This document shows positions 34,051 to 44,970 of a stretch of 64,000 nt of DNA, in pieces. Numbering within the stretch: the first letter of the stretch is position 1; each line of letters begins with the position of its first letter. This DNA is from Heterodontus francisci (taxonomy: Eukaryota): positions 103,262,211 to 103,326,210 of the forward strand of contig NC_090371.1 of NCBI RefSeq assembly GCF_036365525.1. Direction: 5' to 3'. The position numbers and the translations under genes were made by a program. The notes beneath the pieces were generated by a model. The model made no database searches, had not been told where the DNA came from, and saw nothing but the letters and a program-made list of their open reading frames with translations.

Positions 34051-36922
34051 TTCAGCAGGGGAATGGGAACCTAAACTGTAGTGCCAGTGTACAGGATGTT
34101 GAGAGCAGTGAGGTCAGGGATATGGTTACAAGGACGCAAGAGGGCACTGGCAAGCAAGAACCTGGTTTAAAGTGTGTCTATTTCAACGCCAGGAGCATCC
34201 GGAATAAGGTGGGTGAGCTTGCAGCATGGGTTGGTACCTGGGATCTCGATGTAGTGGCCATTTCGGAGACATGGGTAGAGCAGGGGCAGGAATGGATGTT
34301 GCAGATTCCGGGATTTAGATGTTTCAGTAAGAACAGAGAAGATGGTAAAAGAGGGGGGGGTGTGGCATTGTTAATCAAGGAGAGTATTACAGCGACAGAA
34401 AGGACGTTTGAGGACTCGTCTACTGAGGTAGTATGGGCCGAGGTTAGAAACAGGAGAGGTGAGGTTACCCTGTTGGGAGTCTTTTATAGACCTCCGAATA
34501 GTTCCAGAGATGTAGAGGAAAGGATAGCGAAGATGATTCTCGACAGGGGCGAGAGTAACAGGGTAGTTGTTATGGGGGACTTTAACTTTCCAAATATCGA
34601 CTGCAAATACTATAGTTCGAGTACTTTAGATGGGTCAGTTTTTGTCCAGTGTGTGCAGGAGGGTTTTCTGACACAGTATGTAGACAGGCCAACCAGGGGC
34701 GATGCCACATTGGATTTGGTACTGGGAAATGAACCCGGCCAGGTGTTAGATTTAGATGTAGGTGAGCACTTTGGTGATAGTGATCACAATTCGGTTAGGT
34801 TTACCTTAGCGATGGGCAGGGACAGGTATATACCGCAGGGCAAGAATTATAGCTGGGGGAAAGGAAATTATGATGCGATTAGGCAAGATTTAGGATGCGT
34901 AGGATGGGGAAGGAAACTGCAGGGGATGGGAACAATCGAAATGTGGGGCTTATTCAAGGAGCAGCTACTGCGTGTCCTTGATAAGTATGTACCTGTGAGG
35001 CAGGGAGGAAGTTGTCGAGCGAGGGAGCCGTGGTTTAATAAAGAAGTTGAAGCGCTTGTCAAGAGGAAGAAGGCGGCTTATGTTAGGATGAGACGTGAAG
35101 GCTCAGTTAGGGCGCTTGAGAGGTCCAAGCTAGCCAGGAAGGATCTAAAGGGATAGCTAAGAAGAGCAAGGAGAGGACACGAGAAGTCATTGGTGGATAG
35201 GATCATGGAAAACCCTAAGGCTTTCTATAGGTATATCAGGAATAAAAGAATGACTCGAGTTAGATTAGGGCCAATCAAGGATAGTAGTGGGAAGTTGTGT
35301 GTGGAATCAGAGGAGATAGGGGAAGTGTTAAATGAATATTTTGCGTCAGTATTTACAGTAGAGAAAGAAAATGTTGTTGAGAATACTGAGATTCAGGCTA
35401 CTAGGTTAGATGGGATTGAGGTTCACAAGGAGGAGGTGTTAGCAATTTTGGAAAGTGTGAAAATAGATGTCCCCTGGGCCAGATGGGATTTATCCTAGGA
35501 TTCTCTGGGAAGCTAGGGAGGAGATTGCAGAGCCTTTGTCCTTGATCTTTATGTCGTCATTGTCGACAGGTATAGTGCCGGAAGACTGGAGGATAGCAAA
35601 TGTTGTCCCCTTGTTCAAGAAGGGGAGTAGAGACAGCCCTGGTAATTATAGACCTGTGAGCCTTACTTCGGTTGTGGGTAAAATGTTGGAAAAGGTTATA
35701 AGAGACAGGATTTATAATCATCTTGAAAAGAATAAGTTCATTAGAGATAGTCAGCACGGTTTTGTGACGGGTAGGTCGTGCCTCACCTATTGAGTTTTTC
35801 GAGAAGGTGACCAAACAGGTGGATGAGGGTAAAGCAGTGGATGTGGTGTATATGGATTTCAGTAAGGCGTTTGATAAGGTTCCCCACGGTAGGCTATTGC
35901 AGAAAATACGGAAGTATGGGGTGGAAGGTGATTTAGAGCTTTGGATCAGAAATTGGCTAGCTGAAAGAAGACAGAGGGTGGTGGTTGATGGCAAATGTTC
36001 ATCCTGGAGTTTAGTTACTAGTGGTGTACCGCAAGGATCTGTTTTGGGGCCACTGCTGTTTGTCATTTTTATAAATGACCTGGAAGAGGGTGTAGAAGGG
36101 TGGGTTAGTAAATTTGCAGATGACACTAAGGTCGGTGGAGTTGTGGATAGTGCCGAAGGATGTTGTAGGGTACAGAGGAACATAGATAGGCTGCAGAGCT
36201 GGGCTGAGAGATGGCAAATGGAGTTTAATGCGGAAAAGTGTGAGGTGATTCACTTTGGAAGGAGTAACAGGAATGCAGAGTACTGGGCTAATGGGAAGAT
36301 TCTTGGTAGTGTAGATGAACAGAGAGATCTTGGTGTCCAGGTGCATAAATCCCTGAAGGTTGCTAACCAGGTTAATAGGGCTGTTAAGAAGGCATATGGT
36401 GTGTTAGCTTTTATTAGTAGGGGGATCGAGTTTCGGAGCCACGAGGTCATGCTGCAGCTGTACAAAACTCTGGTGAGACCGCACCTGGAGTATTGCGTGC
36501 AGTTCTGGTCACTGCATTATAGGAAGGATGTGGAAGCTATGGAAAGGGTGCAGAGGAGATTTACTAGGATGTTGCCTGGTATGGAGGGAAGGTCTGACGA
36601 GGAAAGGCTGAGGGACTTGAGGTTGTTTTCGTTGGAGAGAAGGAGGAGGAGAGGTGACTTAATAGAGACATATAAGATAATCAGAGGGTTAGATAGGGTG
36701 GATAGTGAGAGTCTTTTTCCTCGGATGGTGATGGCAAACACGAGGGGACATAGCTTCAAGTTGAGGGGTGATAGATATAGGACAGATGTGAGAGGTAGTT
36801 TCTTTACTCAGAGAGTAGTAAGGGCGTGGAACGCCCTGCCTGCAGCAGTAGTAGATTCGCCAACTTTAAGGGCATTTAAGTGGTCATTGGATAGATATAT
36901 GGATGAAAATGGAATAGTGTAG
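34041..36922 (+). pseudogene. CR1 ORF2 (APE-RT) of copy B
   Basis: All APE/RT motifs; nonsense at 35154 and small deletions near 35378, 35467 and 35786 relative to copy A. Confidence 0.93.
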
Positions 36923-37362
36923 GTCAGATGGTTTCACAGGTCGGCGCAACATCGAGGGCCAAAGGGCCTGTACTGCGCTGTCATGTTCTAATTCTAATTC
37001 TTATTATCAACGCAACACCACTTCCTTTTCCTTTTTGCCTGTTCTTCCTAAATGTCAAATATCCTTGAATATTCAGTTCCCAGTCTTGGTCACCCTGTAG
37101 CCATGTTTCTGTTATGGCAATTACACATATCCATTTACCTCTATTTGGGCCATTAAGTCATCTATCTTGTTGTGATTGCTGCGTGCATTCAGGTAGATTG
37201 CCCTTAACCTTGTCTTCTTGACATTCTGCATTCTAAGCCTAGTTGATGCCCGCCTTTGTTTCACCTGCCTTCTAATGTCACTTGCTACTTTTCTACCTCC
37301 TGTTAACAGCTTTATTTCTTTCCAATTTGAGCTACCCCTCAGGTTCCCATCCCCCTGACAAG

Positions 37363-38301
37363 CTAGTTTAAACCCTCCCCAACAGCACTAGCAAATCTCC
37401 CTGCAAGGATGTTAGTTCTGGTCCTGTTAAGGCGTGGCCCTTCCATCATGTACAGATCCCACCTGCCCCAGAACCGGTCCCAATGCCTCAGAAATCTGAT
37501 GCCCTCCCTCCTACACCAATTCTCCAGCCATGTGTTCAATCGATCAATCCTCCTATTCCTATGCTCACGACCACGTGGCACTGGGACTAATCCTGAGATT
37601 ACTGCTTTGGAGGTCCTGCTTTTTAATTTCCTTCCAAGCTCCCTAAAATCTGCTTTCAGAACCTCATCCCTCTTCCTACCTGTGTCATTGGTACCAATGT
37701 GGACCATGACCGCCCTTGCCCAGAAGGATGTCCTGCAGCTGCTCCCTGACATCCTTGACCCTGGCACCAGGGAGGCAACACATCATCCTGGAGTTACGTT
37801 TACTGCCTAAGAAACACCTGTCTGATCCCCTGACTATCGAATCCCTTATCACTGTTGCTCTTCCACTCTTCTTCTTCCCCTCCTGTGCAGCTGAACCACC
37901 CCTGGTGCCACAGACTTTACTGAGGCTGCACACCCCCGAGGAACCATCGCTCTCACCAGTATGCAAAATGGAAAACCGATTATCAAGCAAGATAGACTCA
38001 GGGGACTCCTGCACTGCCCGCCTGTTCTCTTAAACTGCCTGGTGGTCACCCATTCCCTCTCTGCCTGCATGCTCCTAACCTGCGAAGTGACCACCTCCCT
38101 AAATGTGCTATCCACATAGTCCTCTGCCTCGCGGATGCACAACAGTGACTCCAGCCGCCGCTCGAGTTCCAAAATCTGAAGTTCAAGCTTCTGCAGCAGG
38201 TGACACTTCCTGCAGATGTGTTCGTCTACGACATGTAGTACGTCCATGACTTTCCATATACTGCAGGACATACATTCCACTTGGCTGAGCTGACATGCCA
38301 T
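37363..38301 (-). pseudogene. CR1 ORF1 of copy D (decayed)
   Basis: MACQLSQVECMSC...CRKC, DSIVRG, CCLPGA, HIGTND; ends GEGLN* with GGGTTTAAACTAG. Confidence 0.88.
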
Positions 38302-38541
38302 AATGTAACTTTAAAAACTTTTTATTACAATGAGAAGTAAAATAACTTACCAGTTACTCACCAATCAACTTCTCCCCCTGTACCGAAGAGAGAGACAGCT
38401 ACTGGAGGCTGAAAAGTCAGGGCAGTGTGTTGCTTAGAGGGGAACTTGCAGATGGTGGTGTTCCCATGCATTTGCTGCCCTTGTCCTTCTAGGTGGTAGA
38501 GGTTGCGAGGTTTGGAATGTGCTGTCGAAGGAGCCTTGGTG

Positions 38542-38894
38542 AGTTTAGTTTAGTTTAGTGATGCAGCACTGAAACAGGCCCTTCAGCCCACCGAGTCTGT
38601 GCCAACCATCAACCACCCATTTATACTAATCCTACACTAATTCCATATTCCTACCACATCCTCACCTGTCCCTATATTTCCCTACCACCTACCTATACTA
38701 GGGGCAATTTTATAATGGCCAATTAACCTATCAAACAGCAAGTCTTTGGCATGTGGGAGAAAACTGGAGTACCCGGAGGAAACCCACGCAGACACAGGGA
38801 GAACTTGCAAACTCCACACAGGCAGTGCCCAGAATTGAACCCGGGTCGCTGGAGCTGTGAGGCTGCGGTGCTAACCACTGCGCCACTGTGCTGC
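38542..38894 (-). mobile_element. HE1-like V-domain tRNA SINE, full length
   Basis: GCAGCACAGTGGCGCAGTGGTTAGCACCGCAGCCTCACAGCTCCAGCGACCCGGGTTCAATTC head, V core, CR1-like tail with (CTAAA)n. Confidence 0.9.
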
Positions 38895-39363
38895 AGTGCA
38901 TCTTGTAGATGGTACACACTGTTGCCACTATGTGTCGGTGGTGAAAGGAGTGAATGTTGAAGGTGATGGATGAGGAACCAATCAGGTGGGCTGCTTTGTC
39001 CTGGATGGTGTCGAGCATCTTGAGTTTTGTTGGAGCTGCACCCATCCAGACAAGTGGAGACAATTCCAACACACTCCTGACTTGTGCCTTGTCGATGGTG
39101 GACAGGCATTGGGGAGTCAGGCAGTCAAGAGGTTAGTTACTCACCACAGAATTCCCTGCCTCTGACCTGCTCTTGTAGCCACAGTATTTATGTGGCTGGT
39201 CCAGTTCAGTTTCTGGTCAATGGTAACTCCCAGGATGTTTATAGTGAGGGATTCAGCAATGGTACTGCAATTGAACATCAAGGGGAGATCATTAGATTCT
39301 CTCTTGTTTGAGATGGTCATTGCCTGGCACTTGTGTGGCATGAATTTTACTTGCCATTAATCA

Positions 39364-39624
39364 GTGTGTGTGCATGTGTGTCTGTGTGTGTGTGAGCGAA
39401 CAAATACGTGAGTGAACGCGGTTGCGACAATTTCAGGATAAGGTGTATTGATCAATAAACAATGGACTTAATATTTTTAAAAACCTACAAGAAAACCTGT
39501 CGCTGTCTGTTTATATGAAACTAAAACACAAAGGGGCTAAATTCTTAATAGAAATACATTTGCTGTGGTCAGGTGGGGAGTTGAACAGTGGGAACCACCC
39601 ACGTCACAGCACATGGTCGTAACA
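39364..39624 (+). mobile_element. 3' part of the split LTR
   Basis: (TG)n resumes; AATAAA; GGTCAGGTGGGGAGTTGAACAGTG...CGTAACA end is homologous to 30060-30117. Confidence 0.6.
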
Positions 39625-39749
39625 ATGGATTAAGACTGATATTAAATTAGCAGCTTTTATAAAATCCAGGTTGATATGTCCACAATCCTAGAAAATCAGT
39701 AATCAACTGATTACACATAGCATTTGATTGGCCTTCTTTTTACTTAATA

Positions 39750-41518
39750 CATGGAAGTTACATCATGGAAAACAGGCCAGTCAGCCCAACCATTGCCTGT
39801 TAACACTTACCCTAATGCAAGCATACAGTTTTAACAACATTTACACAATCTCCTTTAGCCCTTCAATGCCTTTTCCTTCATCTGCCTAATCAATATATTC
39901 TTGAATGTCTGCCTCAACCATAACCCTGCAAGTGAATTCCAGAGCTTCACAATTGTGTGTGAGAATAATTTTCTCCTGCTCTCTGTTAGAAGTGGAGGTA
40001 ACCCTGTGACATGTGTTGGTAATTGGTTGGGAGATAGGAAACAGAGAGTGGGGAAAAAGTGGAAGCTCTCTGATGGACAGGATGTGACAAGTGGTGCTTT
40101 CAGAGGATCTGTACTGGGGCCTCAGATTTTCACCTTATATTTGGATGAAGGAATATAGAGTTCTTTATCCAAGTTTGCAGATGATACTAAGATAGTAGTT
40201 GTGTAGATAGGAGCAGGAAGTTACGAAGGGACATAGATTAAGTGAGTAGGTAAAACTGTGGCAGAGGGAGTTCAACATGGGGATGAGTGAGGCCATCTGC
40301 TTGGGTTTCAAGAAAGACAAATCAGACTATTTTCTAAAAGCTGAGAGACTAGGACCTGTATTACATACCATTGCATAGTATTTAGTGCTTAGGAAACAGG
40401 TACAGGCCATTCGGCCCAATACATCTATGTCAATATTTGTGCTCCATCTAACCCCATTTGTGCTCCATCTAACCCCATTAACATATAATTCTATTCTTTT
40501 CTTCCTCTTGTGTTTATCAAGCTTCCCTAAAATGCATCTATGCTAGTTGCCTCAACCAGTCTTGCGGTAGTGAGTACACATTCTAACCATTCTCCTGGGC
40601 AAGAAGTTTCTCCTGAATTTCCTACTGGATTTATGAGTGACCATCATATTTATGGCCCCTAGTTCTGGTCTCCCCTGCAAATAGAAGCATGTTATCTACA
40701 CCTACCCTATCAAACCCTTTCATAATCTTAAAAATCAGGTCACCCCTCAGTCTGCTCTTTTCTAGAAAAACAGCCCCAGCCTGTTCAATCTTTCCTAATA
40801 GGTATAAACTCTCAGTCTGGTATCATCCTAGTACATCTTTTTTGCACATTCTCCAGTGCCTCTATATCCTTTCTATAATACTGTGGAGCTGCAAAGGAAG
40901 TTAGATGTCCATGTACACAAATCACTAAAAGCAAGTGCCTAAGTATAAAAGATAATCAAAATGACTAATGAAACATTGACCTTTATCTCAAGGGGGCTGG
41001 AATACAAAGGGGATGAAGTCATGGTTCATTTGTATAGAGCCTTGGTCAGAGCCATCTCGAATACTGCGCTAAGATTTGGGTACTGCACCCCAGGAAGGAT
41101 ACATTGACCTAGAAAGGGGTACTGTGCAAATTCACCAGAATGATGCCAGGGTTTAAAGAGTTAAATTATAGGGACAGATTGTGTAAACTTACCTTTTTTC
41201 ACCTTGAGTTTAGATGTTTGAAAGGTGATCTAATGGAGGTCTTTAAAATGATACAGGGATTCAATAGGGTAGATACAGAGAAACTATTTCTGCTGGAGGG
41301 GAAATTCAGAACAAGTGGGCATTAGCGCTGAGCCATTTAGGAGTGAAACCAGGCCATACTATTTCACACAAAGGATAGTGGAAATGTAGAACCCTCTCAC
41401 CAAAAAGGCTGTGGTTCAACACTGAGATAAATAGATTTATGTTAGACAAGGTTATCAAGAGATATAGATCAAAGTCAAGTAAATGGAGCTAAGGTACAGA
41501 TTAGCCATAAAAAAGCTT
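39750..41518. mobile_element. Cluster of decayed CR1 fragments
   Basis: 3' ends on the minus strand (39760-39990, 40390-40880) and a plus-strand RT/C-terminal copy (39990-40355, 40880-41518; GSVLGP, FADDTK, RGDL-like) whose 3' tip resumes at 49173-49210. Confidence 0.8.
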
Positions 41519-43886
41519 AGAGTCATAGTGTCATAGATTTACACAGCACAGAAACAGGCCCTTCGGCCCAAAACGTCTGCACTGACCATCAAGCACCCAT
41601 CCAATCTAATCCCATTTTCCTGCGATGGCCCGTAGCCTTGTATGCTATGGCATTTCAAGTGCTCATCTAAATACTTCTTACATGTTGTAAAGGTTCCTGC
41701 CTCTACCACCCCTTCAGGCAGTGTGTTCCAGATTCCAACCACCCTCTGGGTGAAAAGGTTTTTCTTCAACTCCCCTCTAAGCCTCCCAGTCCTTACCTTA
41801 AATCTATGCCCATTGGTTATTGACTCCTCCACTAAGGGAAAAAGTTTCTTCCTATCTATCCTATCAATGCCCCTCAATTAGGTACGCCTCAATTAGGTCC
41901 CCCCTCCGCCTTCTCCGCTCCAAGGAAAACAACCCCAGCCTATCCAGTCTCTCCTCATAGCTGAAATGCTCCAGCCCACACAACATTCTGGTGAATCTCC
42001 TCTGCACCCTCTCCAATGCAATCACATCCTTCCTATAATGTGGTGACCAGAACTGTACACAGTACTCCAGCTGTGGCATAACCAGTATTTTATACAGCTC
42101 TAACATAACCTCCCTCCTTGTATATTCTATGCCTCGGCTAATAAAGGCAAGTATCCCGTATGCATTCATCACCACCTTATCTACCTCTGCTGCTGCCTTC
42201 AATGATCTATGGATAAGTACACCAAGGTCCCTCTGACCCTCTGTACTTTCTAGAGTCCGACCATCCATTGTATATTCCCTTGCCTTGTTAGTCCTCCCAA
42301 AGTGCATCACCTCACACTTCTCAGGATTAAATTCCATCTGCCACTGCTCTGCCCATTTTACCAGCCCATCTATTACCGTCCTGTAATCTAAGGCTTTCCA
42401 CCTCACTATTTACAACACCACCAATTTTCCTGTCATCTGCGAACTTATTGATCATACCTCCTATATTCACGTCTATATCATTAATGTACACTACAAACAG
42501 TAAGGGTCCCAGCACCGATCCCTGAGGTACGCCTCTGGTCACAGGCCTCCATTCGCAAAAACAGCCCTCGACCATCACCCTCTGCCTCCTTCCACTAAGC
42601 CAATTTTGGATCCAATTTGCCAAATTGTCCTGGATCCCATGGGCTCTTACCTTCTTAATCAATCTCCCATGTGGGACCTTATCAAAAGCCTTACTGAAGT
42701 CCATGTAGACACATCAACTGTCCTACCCTCATCTACACATTTAGTCACTTCCTCAAAAAATTAAATCAAATTTGTTAGACATGATCTCCCACTGACAAAG
42801 CCATGCTGACTATCCCTGATCAATCCCTGCCTCTCCAAGTGGAGATTAATCTTATCTCTCTGAATTTTTTCCAATAGTTTCCCTACCACAGATGTTAGAC
42901 TCACTGGCCTATAATTACCTGGTTTATCCCTGCTACCCTTCTTGAATAATATTACCACATTCCCTGTCCTCCAGTCCTCTGGTACCTCTCCTGCGGCCAG
43001 AGCCCCTGCTATCTCCTCCCTTGCCAAACATAACAGCCTGGGATACATCTCATCTGGGCCTGGGGATTTATCCAACGTTAAGCCCGCTCAAACAGCTAAT
43101 GCTTCCTCCTTTTCAATGCTAATTTGTTTGAGTATATCACAATCCCCCACTCTGATCTCGACACCAACATGGTCCTTCTCCATAGTGAAGACAGATGAAA
43201 AGTAATCATTCAAAATCTCACCGATGTCCTCCGGCTCCACACACAGATTGCCACTTTGGTCCCTAATGGGCCCTACTCTTTCCCTGGTTATCCTCTTGCC
43301 CTTAATATACTTATAAAATGCCTTGGGATTTTCCTTTATCTTGTCTGCCAGTGATTTTTCATGTCCCCTCTTCACTCTCCTCATTACTTTTTTAAGTACC
43401 CCCCTGCGCTTTCTATACTCCTGTAGAGCCTCCGCTGTTTTCAGCGCTCTGAATTTGCCATAAGCCTCCTTTTTTTTCCTTATCCAACCCTCGATATCCC
43501 TTGACATTCAGGGTTCCCTGGACTTTTTGATCCTACTCTTCACGTTTACAGGAACATGTTGGACCTGAACTCTCACTATTTCCTTTCTGAAAGACTCTCA
43601 CTGGTCTGATGTAGACTTTCCTACAAGAAGCTGCTCCCAGTCCACTTTGGCCAGATCCTGTTTTATCATATTGAAATCTGCCTTCCCCCAATTCAGTACT
43701 TTTTTTTCCGGTCCCTCTCTGCCCTTTTCCATAGCTACCTTAAATCTTACAGAGCTTTGGTCACTATCCCCGAAGTGCTCCCCCACTGACACTTCTACCA
43801 CTTGTCCAGCTTCATTCCCTAGGATTAAGTCCAGTGCCACCCCTCCTCTTGTCGGACTCTCTACGTGCTTAAGATTAAGATTAAAA

Positions 43887-44834
43887 ATGGCAGGAGATCT
43901 CAGACCCGTGTCATGCTCCTCTTGCTCAATGTGGGAGCTCAGGGACATGGCTGATGTCCCTGACTCCTTCACGTGCAGGAAGTGTGTCCAACTGCAGCTC
44001 TTGTTAGACCGCATGACGGCTCTCGAGCTGCGGATGGACTCACTTTGGAGCATGCGCGATGCTGAGGAGGTCGTGGATAGCACGTTTAGTGAATTGGTCA
44101 CACCGCAGATTAGGATTGCTGAGGGAGAAAGGGAATGGGTGACCAAAAGGCAGAGAAAGAGCAGGAAGGCAGCGCAGGAGTCCCCTGCGGTCATCTCCCT
44201 CCAAAACAAGTATACCGTTTTGGATACTGTTGAGGGAGATGGCTCACCAGGGGAAGGCAGCAGTAGCCAGGTCCATGGCACCGTGGCTGGCTCTGCTGTT
44301 CAGAAGGGCGGGAAAAAGAGTGGAAGGGCTATAGTCGTAGGGGATTCGATTGTAAGAGGAGTAGATAGGCGGTTCTGTGGTCGAAGACGAGGCTCCCGAA
44401 TGGTATGTTGCCTCCCAGGTGCACGGGTCAGGGATGTCTCAGATCGGCTGCAAAACATTCTGAAGGGGGAGGGTGAACAGCCAGTTGTCATTGTGCACAT
44501 AGGCACCAATGATATAGGTAAAAAACGGGATGAGGTCCTACAAGCAGAGTTTAGGGAGTTAGGAGCCAAGTTAAAAAGCAGGACCTCAGAGGTAGTAATC
44601 TCAGAATTGCTACCAGTGCCACGTGATAGTCAGAGTAAAAATGAAAGAATAGTCAGGATGAATGCGTGGCTTGAGAGATGGTGCAGGAAGGAGGGGTTCA
44701 GATTTTTGGGACATTGGGACCGGTTCTGGGGGAGGTGGGACTATTACAAATTGGATGGTCTACACCTGGGCCGGACTGGAACCAATGTCCTTGGGGGTGC
44801 TTTTGCTAACGCTGTTGGGGAGGGTTTAAACTAA
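43887..44834 (+). CDS. CR1 ORF1p (zinc finger, coiled coil, SGNH esterase)
   Basis: MAGDLRPVSCSSC...CRKC, VGDSIVRG, HIGTND, DGLHL; ends GEGLN* in GGGTTTAAACTAA. Confidence 0.92.
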   Translation: MAGDLRPVSCSSCSMWELRDMADVPDSFTCRKCVQLQLLLDRMTALELRMDSLWSMRDAEEVVDSTFSELVTPQIRIAEGEREWVTKRQRKSRKAAQESPAVISLQNKYTVLDTVEGDGSPGEGSSSQVHGTVAGSAVQKGGKKSGRAIVVGDSIVRGVDRRFCGRRRGSRMVCCLPGARVRDVSDRLQNILKGEGEQPVVIVHIGTNDIGKKRDEVLQAEFRELGAKLKSRTSEVVISELLPVPRDSQSKNERIVRMNAWLERWCRKEGFRFLGHWDRFWGRWDYYKLDGLHLGRTGTNVLGGAFANAVGEGLN

Positions 44835-44970
44835 TGTGGCAGGGGGATGGGAACCAATTGAGGTCAGTTGACAGTAAGGAGGTAGTAACAAAAGCCTGTA
44901 AGGAACTAGATAATGAAGTCAGTGTGACTAAGGGGAAGAGCAGGCAGGGAGCAGATGATGAATATAATAT

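Larger units (their letters stand above)
32943..37000 (+). mobile_element. Young near-full-length CR1 LINE copy B
   Basis: 5' UTR, intact ORF1, ORF2 with few lesions, (TTCTAA)n tail; host APE reading resumes on both sides. Confidence 0.95.
30356..38413 (-). mobile_element. Full-length older CR1 LINE copy D (decayed), interrupted by copy B
   Basis: 5' UTR, ORF1 (38301-37363), APE (LNARS ~37190; VYRSPNS ~32820), RT and 3' UTR; TSD AAGTCA at 30350-30355 and 38414-38419. Confidence 0.9.
29623..39363 (-). mobile_element. Family X LINE 3' portion, host to the RTE chimera, CR1-D/B and an HE1 SINE
   Basis: Colinear pieces 29623-29664, 30185-30355, 38414-38541 and 38895-39363 rejoin; peptides PHKCQAMTIS...ILGVTIDQKLNWTSHI...LDTIQDKAA; flanked by (TG)n on both sides. 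Confidence 0.8.

Noticed and set aside
35557-36346. Long antisense ORFs over the CR1 RT (also 22563-23482 and 45750-46169)
   Set aside because: Shadow ORFs produced by the codon bias of the sense RT frame; starts and ends are not conserved between copies
43647-43886. N-terminal extension of the 395-aa ORF, suggesting a novel fusion protein
   Set aside because: It is the antisense strand of host CR1-E read in frame into copy C; the real ORF1 AUG is at 43887, after the TSD
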